Below are positions 23,085 through 33,361 of a stretch of DNA of 64,000 bases, piece by piece; positions within the stretch are counted from its first letter, which is position 1; each line of letters starts with the position of its first letter. The DNA lies in assembly GCA_037386905.1 (NCBI GenBank), contig JARRLQ010000001.1, positions 5,947 through 69,946 of the forward strand, in the 5' to 3' direction. This DNA is from Woeseiaceae bacterium. GTDB taxonomy: Bacteria > Pseudomonadota > Gammaproteobacteria > Steroidobacterales > Woeseiaceae. The position numbers and the translations under genes were made by a program. The notes under the pieces are model-generated. The model did no database searches. It was not told the origin of the DNA and was given only the letters and a program-made list of their open reading frames with translations.

Positions 23085-25130
23085 TTGAAACTGAAAATAG
23101 TTGGCGCCGCGGCGCTGCTCATGCTCGCGGCGTGCGGGCAGGAATCTGCCACCGCCGTCGCGCAAGACGCACGGGCTGCCCTGAAGTCGGGCATCGATAT
23201 GACGCACATCGACACGAGCATCAAACCGGGCGATGATTTCTACGGATACATGAACGCCAGGTGGGTGGAGGAATTTGAACTGCCGGCGGACAAGTCCAAT
23301 TACGGTACGTTCACGATGTTGCGCGACAAGTCGCAGGAAGATGTGAAAGCCATTGTCGACATGGCAGCAACGGGCGATTTCGCCAGGGGCACGGACGAAC
23401 AGAAGGTCGGCGACCTCTACAAGTCGTACCTCGATATGGATACACGCAATGCTCGCGGCATAGAGCCCCTGCAGCCGGAGCTCGAACGTATCGCAGCAAT
23501 TTCGAGCCGCGACGAACTGGCGGCATACTTTGCCGGCGCGATCAAGCGCGGTTACGGCATGCCGTTCGTCCTTTTCCAGGTCGGTGACATGAAAGACCCG
23601 GCCAACTATGGCATCTACACCTACCAGGCAGGCATCGGCTTGCCGGACCGCGAGTACTACTTCACCGAAGACGAAAAATCCGCGGCCATTCGCGCCGATT
23701 ACGTCGCGCATATCGAAAAAATGTTCGGCCTGGCCGGCTTTGGAGACGCCGCCGAAGCGGCTGCCGAAATCATGGCCCTGGAAACTCGTATAGCCGCTGC
23801 ACACATGACCAAGGAAGAGGCTCGCGACTGGATGAACAACTACAACAAGGTCCCTGTTGCCGAGCTCGGTTCGATCATGCCGACGTTTGCGTGGCCGACA
23901 TTCCTGGACGAGGCCGGCCTCAATGAACTCGAAAACATCATCGTCCTGCAGACCGACTACATGGGCGAGCTCGATGCAATTGTTGCAGACACCGACCTCG
24001 ACACCTGGAAAAACTACCTCAAGTGGAATGCGCTCAATTCCAGGGCATCGGTGCTCAACAAAGAGATCGATGACCAGGACTTCGCATTTTTCAGCACGAC
24101 GCTGCGCGGCATCGAAGAGCAGGAAGCGGACTGGCGTCGCGCCGTCAGTACCGTCAACGGCACGCTGGGCGAGGTGGTTGGCAAGGTGTATGTCAAGAAC
24201 CACTTCCCGCCCGAAGCCAAGGAACGCATGCTCGAACTCGTCGGCAACCTGATTTCAGCTTACGAGACCAGCATCAAGGAGCTCGACTGGATGGGCGAGG
24301 AGACCCGCGCCCAGGCGCTCGCCAAGCTTTACAAGTTCGAGCCGAAAATCGGTTACCCGGACGAGTGGCGTGACTACTCGGCCCTGGATGTCGAGCCGGA
24401 TGACCTGTTCGGTAACATCGAGCGCGCCGCGCTTGCCGAGTACCAGCGCCAGCTCGACCGCCAGGGCGGCCCGGTCGATCGCAAGGAGTGGGGCATGACG
24501 CCACAGACCGTCAATGCGTCATACAACCCGACAATGAACCAGATCACATTCCCCGCCGCGATCCTGCAGCCGCCGTTTTTTGACCTGGCGGCGGACGAAG
24601 CCGTCAATTACGGGGCCATCGGCGCAGTCATCGGCCATGAGATTGGCCATGGCTTCGACGACAAGGGCAGTACATTCGATGGCGACGGCGCGTTGCGCAA
24701 CTGGTGGACCGATGAAGATCGCACCGAGTTCGAGAAGCGCACTGCTGCGCTGGTCGACCAGTTCGACTCGTATAAAGTTTTCGATGACCTGCACGTCAAC
24801 GGCGAGTTCACCCTCGGCGAGAACATCGGCGATCTCGGTGGCCTGAGCATCGCGCTCAAGGCTTACCACATGTCGCTGAACGGCGAAGAGCCACCGCTCA
24901 TCGATGGATACACGGGCGAGCAACGCGTATTCCTGGGCTGGGCACAGGTCTGGCGCCGCAAGTATCGCGACGAGGAATTGCGCCGCCGTATCGCGATCGA
25001 CCCGCATTCTCCCGCCGAATTCCGCGTCAACGGCATCGTTCGCAATGTGCCGGAGTTCTACGAGGCGTTTGATGTGAAGCCGGGTGATGCGCTGTATCTG
25101 CCACCCGAAGAGCGCGTCAAGATCTGGTAA
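23085..25130 (+). CDS. pepO: M13 family metallopeptidase (PepO / endothelin-converting-enzyme-like)
   Basis: Zinc motif VIGHEIGHGFDD, NASYNPTMNQITFPAAILQPPFF, downstream GENIGDLGG, and C-terminal ERVKIW. Lipoprotein-type signal (LLMLAACG). Apparent TTG start at 23085. Confidence 0.9.
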   Translation: MKLKIVGAAALLMLAACGQESATAVAQDARAALKSGIDMTHIDTSIKPGDDFYGYMNARWVEEFELPADKSNYGTFTMLRDKSQEDVKAIVDMAATGDFARGTDEQKVGDLYKSYLDMDTRNARGIEPLQPELERIAAISSRDELAAYFAGAIKRGYGMPFVLFQVGDMKDPANYGIYTYQAGIGLPDREYYFTEDEKSAAIRADYVAHIEKMFGLAGFGDAAEAAAEIMALETRIAAAHMTKEEARDWMNNYNKVPVAELGSIMPTFAWPTFLDEAGLNELENIIVLQTDYMGELDAIVADTDLDTWKNYLKWNALNSRASVLNKEIDDQDFAFFSTTLRGIEEQEADWRRAVSTVNGTLGEVVGKVYVKNHFPPEAKERMLELVGNLISAYETSIKELDWMGEETRAQALAKLYKFEPKIGYPDEWRDYSALDVEPDDLFGNIERAALAEYQRQLDRQGGPVDRKEWGMTPQTVNASYNPTMNQITFPAAILQPPFFDLAADEAVNYGAIGAVIGHEIGHGFDDKGSTFDGDGALRNWWTDEDRTEFEKRTAALVDQFDSYKVFDDLHVNGEFTLGENIGDLGGLSIALKAYHMSLNGEEPPLIDGYTGEQRVFLGWAQVWRRKYRDEELRRRIAIDPHSPAEFRVNGIVRNVPEFYEAFDVKPGDALYLPPEERVKIW

Positions 25131-25170
25131 GCCTCCCCGTCATCGCGAGGAGTGTAGCGACGAAGCAACC

Positions 25171-25196
25171 AAAGCCCCTCTTCGGAGGGGCTTTTT
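25171..25196. terminator. bidirectional rho-independent terminator between convergent pepO and the small membrane-protein gene
   Basis: AAAGCCCCTC-ttcg-GAGGGGCTTT stem-loop flanked by an A-run and a T-run (aaagcccctcttcggaggggcttttt). Confidence 0.7.
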
Positions 25197-25201
25197 CATA
25201 G

Positions 25202-25579
25202 TCAGCCCTGGCTTGCGCCGATCCACATCAGCAGCACCACGAGCACGATCATCGTCGTGCTCAGGCTAGCGCCGATCGCGCCCAGAGCGCGCTTGCGGTT
25301 CTTCTGAAATACGCTGACCACGCCAAGGATTGCGCTAACAACCAGCAGCGCAATGCACCCGAAGACCCCGAGCCCGATGATAACGGCCACGGCGTTGTCG
25401 GCGCCGACGCCGCCCTCCGTGCTCATTTCAACGTAGCCGGCATAGGCAAACACCGCCGTGGTGATGACGATGGCAAGGATAGCCAGCACGAGCGAGGCAA
25501 TTCCGAGGCCCGACTGGGGCGGCTCTGTTCCGGGCGCCGAATCGACCTGGCTGGCCGGGGGTTCAAAAGAAGCATTCAT
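25202..25579 (-). CDS. hypothetical small integral membrane protein
   Basis: 125 aa. A Pro/Ser-rich N-terminus is followed by three or four hydrophobic helices. No recognisable motif. Confidence 0.55.
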   Translation of the reverse strand: MNASFEPPASQVDSAPGTEPPQSGLGIASLVLAILAIVITTAVFAYAGYVEMSTEGGVGADNAVAVIIGLGVFGCIALLVVSAILGVVSVFQKNRKRALGAIGASLSTTMIVLVVLLMWIGASQG

Positions 25580-25594
25580 GAAGCACCCCTGACG

Positions 25595-27229
25595 TTAGCG
25601 CCGAAATTTTTCGCCGAAAAAGTCGCCCTCATTCCAGGTTGGGCGCTCATCGTCATTCGCGATCGCATAGCCAATGCGGGCATTGGCACGGGCAAATCGT
25701 ACCGCAGAATCCCAGACAACCGGACGGCTCAGGTCGTCGGATGGCTGGTGATAGTGGTTCCTGCGATGTTCGTTTTCGACGCTCTTGCCGTCAATCTCCG
25801 GATCCGTCGAAGTGAACCCCGGCTTCAGGAATACGGCCGGCACACCGCGGCGCACAAACGAGTACTGGTCCGAGCGGCGAAAAAGGTTCTCCTCGGGCAT
25901 CGGATCCGGCGTGAGCGTGAACCCTTCGGCGGAAATGGCCTCTGCGACTGTTGCCTCGAGCGATGAATGCTCGGACCCGAACGCGATTATGTCCGCAACC
26001 GGGTACAGGAACAGCGGCATGTCGAGATTGACGTTGGCAACGATCGCGTCGCCGGGAACGGTCGGGTAGTGCGCGAAATAGTCCGAACCGAGCAGGCCGC
26101 GCTCCTCTGCCGTCAGCGCGATGAACAGCATTGAGCGGCGCGCGGGTGACGCAGCAACGGCACGCGCAGTCTCGAGCAACAACGATGAGCCCATAGCGTT
26201 GTCATACATGCCGTTGTAGATGCTGTCACCGTCGACGGGCGCGCCGACACCGTTGTGATCGAGGTGCGCAGTGAACACGACGTACTCGTCAGCAAGTTCG
26301 GGGTCGGTGCCGCGCACCAGCCCGACGACGTTGGGGCTGGTTATGACTTCATGCTTCGACTTGCGCGCCAGCGTGACCTCGAAGCCGAGCGGCGTCGAGG
26401 CGGGCGTCGATGATTCGGTCGCGTTCCGGGCCTCTTCGAATGTAATCGGCGTGCCGGCGAACAGTTCGTGCGCGACCTCTGACGACAGGTAGGCGCTGCC
26501 GCGCAACTCGGGATAATAGTCGGCGGGCTCGCCTGTCAACGTGATCCAGGCCATGCCGGGTCGCGTGCCTGCCTGGGCCTTGACGCGATCCCAGGGCACG
26601 TATTCGTCGGCGCGTTTCCCGCGCAGCCCCATGATGCCGATGGCGCCGCGTTTGACGGCTTCTTCGGCCTTGGTGCGCCCGGACGAATAATAGGCGCGCT
26701 CGTTGTGCGGGAAAGACTCCGGCGCGTTACCGAACAGCGCCACGATCTTGCCCTCGACGTCAACGCCCTCGTAGTCCGAGTAGCCGAGCTCCGGCGCGTG
26801 CACGCCAAAGCCGACGTACACGACCTCGGCGCGAACGCTGTCCTGTTCGCGGACTGCATCGCCACCCATCGTGAAGTGCTCCTTGTACTGCAGCTCAGTA
26901 TCTTTGCCATCACGGTGCGCAATTACGGTCGTGCTGTCTTCGTCAATGCGGTAGGAAATCAACGGCACCTGCTGAAAGTAACCATCTTCGCCGCCAGGCT
27001 CCACGCCCATCGCCGCGAACTGGTCGGCCACATACCGGGCGGCCTCGTCATATCCGGGCTGCCCCGCCATGCGGCCCTCGCGGGCATCGTCTGCGAGGTA
27101 AGCGAGGTGATCCTTGAGCGCCTGCTCGCTGATCGTGTCGATGGCTGCATTCTCGTCGACCGCCGGCGCTTCTCCCTGGGCGCATCCGAATGTCACCGTG
27201 GCAAGCAACGCGATCAGTTTATGTTTCAC
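25595..27229 (-). CDS. M28 family aminopeptidase lipoprotein with PA domain
   Basis: Lipobox LLATVTFGCAQG. M28 metal-ligand blocks HLDHNGVG, YNGMYDNAMGSSLLLE, LTAEERGLLGSDYF, and a C-terminal HYHQPSDD. Confidence 0.85.
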   Translation of the reverse strand: MKHKLIALLATVTFGCAQGEAPAVDENAAIDTISEQALKDHLAYLADDAREGRMAGQPGYDEAARYVADQFAAMGVEPGGEDGYFQQVPLISYRIDEDSTTVIAHRDGKDTELQYKEHFTMGGDAVREQDSVRAEVVYVGFGVHAPELGYSDYEGVDVEGKIVALFGNAPESFPHNERAYYSSGRTKAEEAVKRGAIGIMGLRGKRADEYVPWDRVKAQAGTRPGMAWITLTGEPADYYPELRGSAYLSSEVAHELFAGTPITFEEARNATESSTPASTPLGFEVTLARKSKHEVITSPNVVGLVRGTDPELADEYVVFTAHLDHNGVGAPVDGDSIYNGMYDNAMGSSLLLETARAVAASPARRSMLFIALTAEERGLLGSDYFAHYPTVPGDAIVANVNLDMPLFLYPVADIIAFGSEHSSLEATVAEAISAEGFTLTPDPMPEENLFRRSDQYSFVRRGVPAVFLKPGFTSTDPEIDGKSVENEHRRNHYHQPSDDLSRPVVWDSAVRFARANARIGYAIANDDERPTWNEGDFFGEKFRR

Positions 27230-27959
27230 CTGCTTTCTCCTTGTACAGTGAGCTTATCTCGCCCATCTTGTTCTCGATCCATTGCTGCGCGAGCAGGTTG
27301 GTGTCCCTGGGCCTGCCATTAGCCACAGGTGTAATCGGCGGGCCAATGCAGAAGCGAATCTTCCCCGGAGTCTTCGCCATGCCGCGCTTCGGCCAAAGGT
27401 CGCCGGCATTGTGTGCGACAGGCACGACCAGGCACCCGGCTTCGTGGGCAAGAGCGGCACCACTGACGCCATAACGCCGTGTTTCGCCGGGCGGCACGCG
27501 CGTGCCCTCGGGAAAAATGCAGACACTCATGCCCGAGGCGAGGCGCTCCCTGCCCTGTTCAATCACCTGCTTGACGGCCGGTCCGCCGGCGCTGCGGTTG
27601 ATCGCAATAGACTTCATCACGAGCCCGAGCGCCCAGCCAAAAACGGGCAACCAGAGCAGCTCTCGTTTGAGTACCCAGGCCGACGCCGGCAGCGCCGCGA
27701 TCTGCCAGTATGTTTCGAGCGCCGTGGTGTGCTTGATCAGGAACACGCAGGGCTCGCCGGGAATGTTCTCCTGCCCCTCGGTCGAAACATCGAGCCCGCA
27801 AATTACGCGCCCGGCCCACAGGCAGGTTTTTGCCCAGGTAACCGCCACGGCCCAGCGCCAGCTATGCGGCGCCCAGAACAGCAGCAGCTCGGTCGCGGAA
27901 AGAAGCAGCGCGGCGCCATACATGACGATCGTAAACAGCAGGCCGCGGAACCAGAGCAT
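27219..27959 (-). CDS. plsC: 1-acyl-sn-glycerol-3-phosphate acyltransferase (lysophospholipid acyltransferase family)
   Basis: Acyltransferase blocks FLIKHTTALETYW (H-x4-[DE] type) and CIFPEGTR. It overlaps the glyS stop by 1 nt and the M28 start by 11 nt. Confidence 0.85.
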   Translation of the reverse strand: MLWFRGLLFTIVMYGAALLLSATELLLFWAPHSWRWAVAVTWAKTCLWAGRVICGLDVSTEGQENIPGEPCVFLIKHTTALETYWQIAALPASAWVLKRELLWLPVFGWALGLVMKSIAINRSAGGPAVKQVIEQGRERLASGMSVCIFPEGTRVPPGETRRYGVSGAALAHEAGCLVVPVAHNAGDLWPKRGMAKTPGKIRFCIGPPITPVANGRPRDTNLLAQQWIENKMGEISSLYKEKAGET

Positions 27960-30034
27960 CAGATCGATAGCCGGGAAATGTCCGCCACGTCGAGGAACAG
28001 GGCTCGCATCTGGCTGAGCAGTGCCAGACGGTTGTTACGCGTCGCTTTGTCATCAGCCATGACCATGACGTCGTCGAAGAACCGGTCGACAGGCTCGCGC
28101 AGGTTGGCGAGCTCGCTCAAAGCCTCTGTGTACTGCCGCGCCTCGAGCATCGGCGCAACTGTGGCGGTGGCGGCCGTCACTGCATCGGCAAGCGCCGCCT
28201 CGGCAGGCTCGCTCAGCAGCTTGGCCTTCACTTCGCCTACGGTATCGACCTCGGCCTGGCGGAGAATGTTGGCGACGCGTTTGTTCGCTGCCGCCAGGCT
28301 TGCGGCCGGCTCGAGAGCGATAAACGACTGCACGGCCTCGAGGCGCCGTTCAAAGTCGACCAGCGATGACGGCGCACGGGCGAGTACGGCGTCGAATGTC
28401 TCGGTGGCGAGATCTGCATCGCGATCGAGGAAGTAGCGGCGCAGTCGCTCGGCTATGAATTCGTACACTTCGGCAGCGACATCGCCTTCGCTGCTCGACG
28501 GCTGGGCGTCGACGACCGACGCGATGAGGGCCTTAAGGTCGAGATCGAGCCCACACTCGACGAGAATGCGGACGATGCCGAGCGCAGCCCGACGCAGGCC
28601 GAACGGGTCGCGATTGCCCGAAGGTTTCTTGCCGAGGACAAAGATACCGGCCAGCGTATCGAGGCGATCCGCGACGGCCAGCACCTGGCCTTCGCGCGTC
28701 GCTGGCAGCTGGTCGCCGGAAAAACGTGGCAGGTAATGCTCGGCAATTGCTTCGGCAACGGCCGTCGGTTCGCCGTCGGCCAGCGCGTAGTAGCGCCCCA
28801 TAATGCCCTGCAGCTCCGGGAACTCGCCGACCATGCCGGTAACGAGGTCGCACTTTGCGAGCGATGCGGCGCGCATGACGGCGCCCGGATCGAGCTTGAG
28901 CACCTTCGCCATTTCCGCGGCGAGATCGGCTGTGCGCTGCGCCTTGTCATACAGGCTGCCGAGGCCGCGCTGATAGACAACCTCGCGCAGTGTTTCCTGG
29001 CGGGCCGAAAGCGGCTTGCGCTTGTCCGAGTCCCAGAAGAACGCGGCGTCGGCGAGGCGCGGACGAATGACGCGCTCATTGCCGTCCCGGACCTGGTCGG
29101 GGTCCTTGCTTGCAAGGTTTGCGACCGTCACGAACTTGGGCAGCAGCTTGCCGTTCGTGGTCTGCACCGGGAAATATCGCTGGTGGCTCGTCAATGTAGA
29201 TATGACGCACTCACGTGGCAGGTCCAGGTACTCCTCATCGAATGAGCCGACGATGGGCACAGGCCACTCGACAAGCGCGGTGACCTCATCGTACAGGTCG
29301 TCATCAGCCACTGCCGTGCCGCCTGCCTGCTGCGCAGCGGCCTCGACGCCGGATACGACTTTCCTTCTGCGCTCGTCGAAGTCGGCGATCACGCGGCCCT
29401 TTTCCTCGAGTGCCGCGAGGTAATCGCCTGGCTCCTTGATGAGCACGGGCTTGTCGCTTAGGAAGCGATGACCCATCGATTTGTTGCCGGGCGTAATGCC
29501 CATTATTGGTGTCTTGATAATCTTGCTGCCATGCAACAGCACAATCCAGTGCACAGGCCGCACGAACTCGGCGTCACCATCGCCCCAGCGCATGCGCCGC
29601 GGGATCGGCAATGACGCCAGCGCACCCTCGACAAGGTCGGGCACGAGTTCGGCCGCGGCCCGGCCTTTGTCGACAACGTCACAGACCAGCCACTCACCTT
29701 TGGCCGTCTTCTCGCGGCCCAGCTTGTCAACGCTCACCCCGCATTTTTTCGCAAACGCTTCAGCGGCAGCGGACGGGTTGCCATCATCATCGAACGCAAC
29801 TTTGGTGGGTGGGCCTTTCTGCGTGGTCTTGCGGTCAGGCTGGTCGGATGCGAGCTTCTCGACCAGTACAGCAAGGCGACGTGGGCTTGCGTAGCCGACG
29901 ACCTTGCCGTGTTGCAGGCGAGCATCATCGAGGGCGGCCTCGAGAGACGCGGAAAACGCGTCCCTGAGCGTGCGCAACGCTTTCGGCGGCAGTTCCTCGG
30001 TGCCAATCTCGACGAGAAAATCGGCGGCGCTCAT
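27959..30034 (-). CDS. glyS: glycine--tRNA ligase beta subunit
   Basis: 691 aa. It begins [20 protein letters not shown] and overlaps the glyQ stop (4 nt), the canonical glyQS arrangement. Confidence 0.97.
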   Translation of the reverse strand: MSAADFLVEIGTEELPPKALRTLRDAFSASLEAALDDARLQHGKVVGYASPRRLAVLVEKLASDQPDRKTTQKGPPTKVAFDDDGNPSAAAEAFAKKCGVSVDKLGREKTAKGEWLVCDVVDKGRAAAELVPDLVEGALASLPIPRRMRWGDGDAEFVRPVHWIVLLHGSKIIKTPIMGITPGNKSMGHRFLSDKPVLIKEPGDYLAALEEKGRVIADFDERRRKVVSGVEAAAQQAGGTAVADDDLYDEVTALVEWPVPIVGSFDEEYLDLPRECVISTLTSHQRYFPVQTTNGKLLPKFVTVANLASKDPDQVRDGNERVIRPRLADAAFFWDSDKRKPLSARQETLREVVYQRGLGSLYDKAQRTADLAAEMAKVLKLDPGAVMRAASLAKCDLVTGMVGEFPELQGIMGRYYALADGEPTAVAEAIAEHYLPRFSGDQLPATREGQVLAVADRLDTLAGIFVLGKKPSGNRDPFGLRRAALGIVRILVECGLDLDLKALIASVVDAQPSSSEGDVAAEVYEFIAERLRRYFLDRDADLATETFDAVLARAPSSLVDFERRLEAVQSFIALEPAASLAAANKRVANILRQAEVDTVGEVKAKLLSEPAEAALADAVTAATATVAPMLEARQYTEALSELANLREPVDRFFDDVMVMADDKATRNNRLALLSQMRALFLDVADISRLSI

Positions 30035-30957
30035 TTCCTGGCTCCAGTTACGGACCCGATCATCGGGAAGCCGAGTTCCTCGCGGCTGGCGTAATATGCC
30101 TCGGCCACGGCTCTCGCCATCGTGCGCACGCGCAGGATGAAGCGCTGTCGCTCGCTGACAGAAATCGCCTGGCGTGCATCGAGCAGGTTAAAGAGGTGCG
30201 ACGCATGCAGCATTTGTTCGTAGGCCGGCAAAGCGAGGCCAGCCTCGATGAGATGCACGCTCTCATGCTCGGCATGATCGAACTGGTGGAACAGTTCGTC
30301 AATATCCGCCAGCTCGAAGTTGTACTTTGACTGCTCGACCTCGTTCTGGTGATAGACGTCGCCGTAGGTAATGCGGCCCAGCGGACCATCTGTCCAAACC
30401 AGGTCAAAAATGCTTTCGACGCCCTGCAGGTACATGGCCAGGCGTTCGATGCCATAGGTGATCTCGCCGGTCACGGGGCGGCATTCGAGGCCGCCCACCT
30501 GCTGGAAGTAGGTGAATTGCGTGATCTCCATGCCGTTCAGCCAGACTTCCCAGCCGAGGCCCCAGGCACCGAGCGTCGGTGATTCCCAGTTGTCCTCGAC
30601 GAAGCGGATGTCATGAACCTGCGGGTCGATACCGATGGCGCGCAGCGAGTCCAGGTACAGGTCCTGGATGTCGTCGGGCGACGGCTTGATCACCACCTGG
30701 TACTGGTAGTAATGCTGCAGGCGAAACGGATTGTCGCCGTAACGGCCGTCGGTCGGACGCCGCGACGGCTGCACGTACGCCGCACTCCACGGCTCGGGAC
30801 CGATAGCACGCAGGAACGTTGCCGGGTGGAACGTCCCTGCTCCCATTTCCTTGTCGTATGGCTGCAAAATGACGCAGCCGCGCTCCGCCCAGTATTGCTG
30901 CAGCTTCAGGATCAGGTCCTGGAAGCTGAGCACCTCGGACGATTTTTGCTTGCTCAT
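30031..30957 (-). CDS. glyQ: glycine--tRNA ligase alpha subunit
   Basis: [57 protein letters not shown]. Start at ATG 30957 inside the longer ORF. Confidence 0.97.
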   Translation of the reverse strand: MSKQKSSEVLSFQDLILKLQQYWAERGCVILQPYDKEMGAGTFHPATFLRAIGPEPWSAAYVQPSRRPTDGRYGDNPFRLQHYYQYQVVIKPSPDDIQDLYLDSLRAIGIDPQVHDIRFVEDNWESPTLGAWGLGWEVWLNGMEITQFTYFQQVGGLECRPVTGEITYGIERLAMYLQGVESIFDLVWTDGPLGRITYGDVYHQNEVEQSKYNFELADIDELFHQFDHAEHESVHLIEAGLALPAYEQMLHASHLFNLLDARQAISVSERQRFILRVRTMARAVAEAYYASREELGFPMIGSVTGARK

Positions 30958-31172
30958 TGGTGAATAACCGGCCCCAAACCCGCGCAGTATATAGAAGTTC
31001 ACGTAAAACGGGGGCGCGCATCAAACAGGTTCGCCAGGCAGCCACAACCGCGAAGCGCTTGCCCTCATGGCTCGCTGCGCTGCGCTTTACTTCCGGCAAG
31101 CGCTTCTCCGCCGCGGCTGCCAGCCAGCCCGGGTGGGGCGTCGCCCTGGTTTGGTGCACGCGCTCGACACGG

Positions 31173-31189
31173 CGCACCGACTTGGTGCA
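31173..31189. promoter_or_regulatory. candidate NtrC enhancer site upstream of glnA
   Basis: cGCACCgacttGGTGCA has one mismatch to the TGCACC-N5-GGTGCA dyad. It lies about 80 nt upstream of the sigma-54 element. A weaker GCACCattttGGCAC overlaps the promoter. Confidence 0.5.
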
Positions 31190-31251
31190 CAATGATTGTG
31201 GGCACTCGGCCGCAGGCCAATAAAATCATCAGGTTACGGGCCGCACCATTT

Positions 31252-31267
31252 TGGCACGCTTCGTGCA
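31252..31267 (+). promoter_or_regulatory. sigma-54 (-24/-12) promoter of glnA
   Basis: TGGCACgcttcGTGCA against the TGGCAC-N5-TTGCA consensus, with correct GG/GC spacing. It lies 66 nt upstream of the glnA ATG, and ntrBC is encoded downstream. Confidence 0.65.
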
Positions 31268-31332
31268 ACTGTGTTCGTAACCGGGTTCGGGTAGTCCGGA
31301 CCGTTTCGTATTATTGACTGGAGGAAAGCTTA

Positions 31333-32742
31333 ATGAAGCCCAAAGAGGTTCTCGGCCTGATCAAAGACAGTGAGGCCAAATTTGTCGATTTTCGGTTTAC
31401 GGACACGAAAGGCAAAGAACAACACGTAACAGTGCCCGCAAGCACGGTCGACGAAGACCTGTTTGAGGACGGCAAGATGTTCGACGGTTCGTCCATCGCC
31501 GGCTGGAAGGGCATCAACGAGTCAGACATGATCCTGATGCCGGACCCGGCATCGGCTGTCGTCGACGTATTCTCGGACGAGACGCAGGTCAACCTGCGTT
31601 GCAACGTCATCGAGCCGGCAACGATGCAGGGCTACGATCGCTGTCCGCGCTCGCTGGCGGTTCGCGCCGAGGCGTACCTGAAGTCAACCGGTGTTGCCGA
31701 CGCAGCGTACTTCGGGCCGGAAAACGAATTCTTCGTTTTTGACCACGTCTCCTGGGACGACTCGATGCAGGGCGCGTTCTACAAGATCGACTCGGACGAA
31801 GGCGCCTGGAACACGGATCGCAGCATGGAAGAAGGCAACACTGGGCACCGGCCGACGGTCAAAGGCGGCTACTTCCCTGTACCCCCCGTTGACTCGCTGC
31901 ACGACATCCGTTCGGCAATGTGCCTGGCGCTCGAGGACATGGGGCTCGAAACCGAGGTTCATCACCACGAGGTCGCAACGGCCGGCCAGTGCGAGATTGG
32001 CGTCAAATTCAACACACTGGTGCGCAAGGCCGACGAAGTGCAGGTCCTGAAGTACGTCGTGCACAATGTTGCACACGCCTACGGCAAGACCGCAACGTTT
32101 ATGCCGAAGCCGCTCGTCAACGACAACGGTAATGGCATGCACGTGCACCAGTCGTTGTTCAAGGACGGCGAAAACCTGTTCTCGGGCGATGGCTATGGCG
32201 GCCTGTCCGAGACGGCGCTGTACTACATCGGCGGCATCATCAAGCACGCGAAAGCACTGAACGCGTTCGCCAATCCGTCGACGAACAGCTACAAGCGTCT
32301 CGTGCCCGGGTTCGAAGCACCGACCATTCTTGCCTACTCGGCTCGCAACCGCTCGGCGTCGATTCGAATCCCGTACATCTCCAATCCGAAGGGGCGCCGC
32401 ATCGAAGTCCGCTTTGGCGACTCGATGGCGAACCCGTACCTGTGCTTTGCTGCAATGATGATGGCAGGCCTCGACGGCATTAAGAACAAGATTCACCCGG
32501 GTGATGCGGCAGACAAGGATCTCTATGACCTGCCGCCCGAGGAGGAGAAGGAACTGGACCTCGTTGCATTCTCGCTGGACGAGGCGCTGCAAGCGCTGGA
32601 CGAGGATCGCGAATTCCTCAAGGCCGGCGACGTCTTCTCCGACGACCTGATCGACGCGTACATCGACCTGAAGACGGAAAACGTGACCAGGCTGCGGATG
32701 ACGACCCACCCGGTCGAGTTCGATATGTACTACAGCCTGTAA
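31333..32742 (+). CDS. glnA: glutamine synthetase type I
   Basis: 469 aa. [47 protein letters not shown], the adenylylation-site region [10 protein letters not shown], and the ending [15 protein letters not shown] Shine-Dalgarno upstream. Confidence 0.97.
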   Translation: MKPKEVLGLIKDSEAKFVDFRFTDTKGKEQHVTVPASTVDEDLFEDGKMFDGSSIAGWKGINESDMILMPDPASAVVDVFSDETQVNLRCNVIEPATMQGYDRCPRSLAVRAEAYLKSTGVADAAYFGPENEFFVFDHVSWDDSMQGAFYKIDSDEGAWNTDRSMEEGNTGHRPTVKGGYFPVPPVDSLHDIRSAMCLALEDMGLETEVHHHEVATAGQCEIGVKFNTLVRKADEVQVLKYVVHNVAHAYGKTATFMPKPLVNDNGNGMHVHQSLFKDGENLFSGDGYGGLSETALYYIGGIIKHAKALNAFANPSTNSYKRLVPGFEAPTILAYSARNRSASIRIPYISNPKGRRIEVRFGDSMANPYLCFAAMMMAGLDGIKNKIHPGDAADKDLYDLPPEEEKELDLVAFSLDEALQALDEDREFLKAGDVFSDDLIDAYIDLKTENVTRLRMTTHPVEFDMYYSL

Positions 32743-32760
32743 TTTGGCCGAAAAGTGTGA

Positions 32761-32785
32761 ACCGGGCGGCAAAATGCCGCCCGGT
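32761..32785 (+). terminator. stem-loop downstream of glnA (possible attenuating terminator or 3' UTR structure)
   Basis: Perfect 10-bp stem ACCGGGCGGC-aaaat-GCCGCCCGGT lies 19 nt after the glnA stop. No U-tract follows, so intrinsic termination is uncertain. Confidence 0.4.
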
Positions 32786-32824
32786 CACTGGCCCAGATCA
32801 GGCCGAAATTGCTATGCTCACAGA

Positions 32825-33361
32825 ATGGAAATCCGTCCGATTCTCGCCCTCCTGGGCTTGCTGGCTGCCGCACATGCTTCCGCGGACGTCTGGCGGTGGG
32901 TGGACGAAGACGGCGTCGTGCACTTCTCGGACACCCCGGTCGAGGGCGCGCAACAGGTTGACGTGTCTGAATCCGCGCGCACGACGGGTGCTCGCGTGTT
33001 CCGCGATACCGCGCCCAGCGCTGCTCCGGGCGAAGAACAACCCGCCGAGGAACAGCAGGCATTCCGCTACCAGAGCCTCGCAATCACCTCACCTGCTGCG
33101 GAAGAAACGCTGTGGAATATAGAGGGAACCCTGGGCGTGTCACTGTCGGTGAGCCCGGCGCTGCAACAGGGCCACAAGGTCCGGGTGTACTTCGACGGCG
33201 AACCGCGGATGGTGAATGCGACCAGCTTCACGATCGACGAGGTGTGGCGCGGCGTGCACAACATCCAGGCGGAAGTCCTGGACGAAACGGGCAAGCTGAT
33301 GATCCGCAGCCAGACAAACCGCTTTTACGTGCAGCAGAACACAGTCCGCTTCGGCCAATAG
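32825..33361 (+). CDS. DUF4124-type exported protein
   Basis: Signal peptide MEIRPILALLGLLAAAHASA followed by DVWRWVDEDGVVHFSDTP, the hallmark of DUF4124. Start at ATG 32825 inside the longer ORF. Confidence 0.7.
   Translation: MEIRPILALLGLLAAAHASADVWRWVDEDGVVHFSDTPVEGAQQVDVSESARTTGARVFRDTAPSAAPGEEQPAEEQQAFRYQSLAITSPAAEETLWNIEGTLGVSLSVSPALQQGHKVRVYFDGEPRMVNATSFTIDEVWRGVHNIQAEVLDETGKLMIRSQTNRFYVQQNTVRFGQ

Noticed and set aside
22629-24203. 524-aa minus-strand ORF, the longest unexplained ORF in the track
   Set aside because: It lies antisense to the well-supported lipoprotein and M13 peptidase genes. Its composition (rich in Arg, Ala, Gly, Val) is typical of shadow ORFs in high-GC DNA, and it has no recognisable motif. 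The same reasoning rejects 15155-15985 (antisense to dnaA), 46042-46929 (ctpA), 55186-56382 (POT), 31684-32772 (glnA), 21086-21892 (gyrB) and similar ORFs.
32361-32373. tRNA T-arm-like string GATTCGAATCCCG
   Set aside because: It lies inside glnA, in frame (…SIRIPYIS…), with no surrounding acceptor or anticodon stems. No tRNA gene is present in the window.
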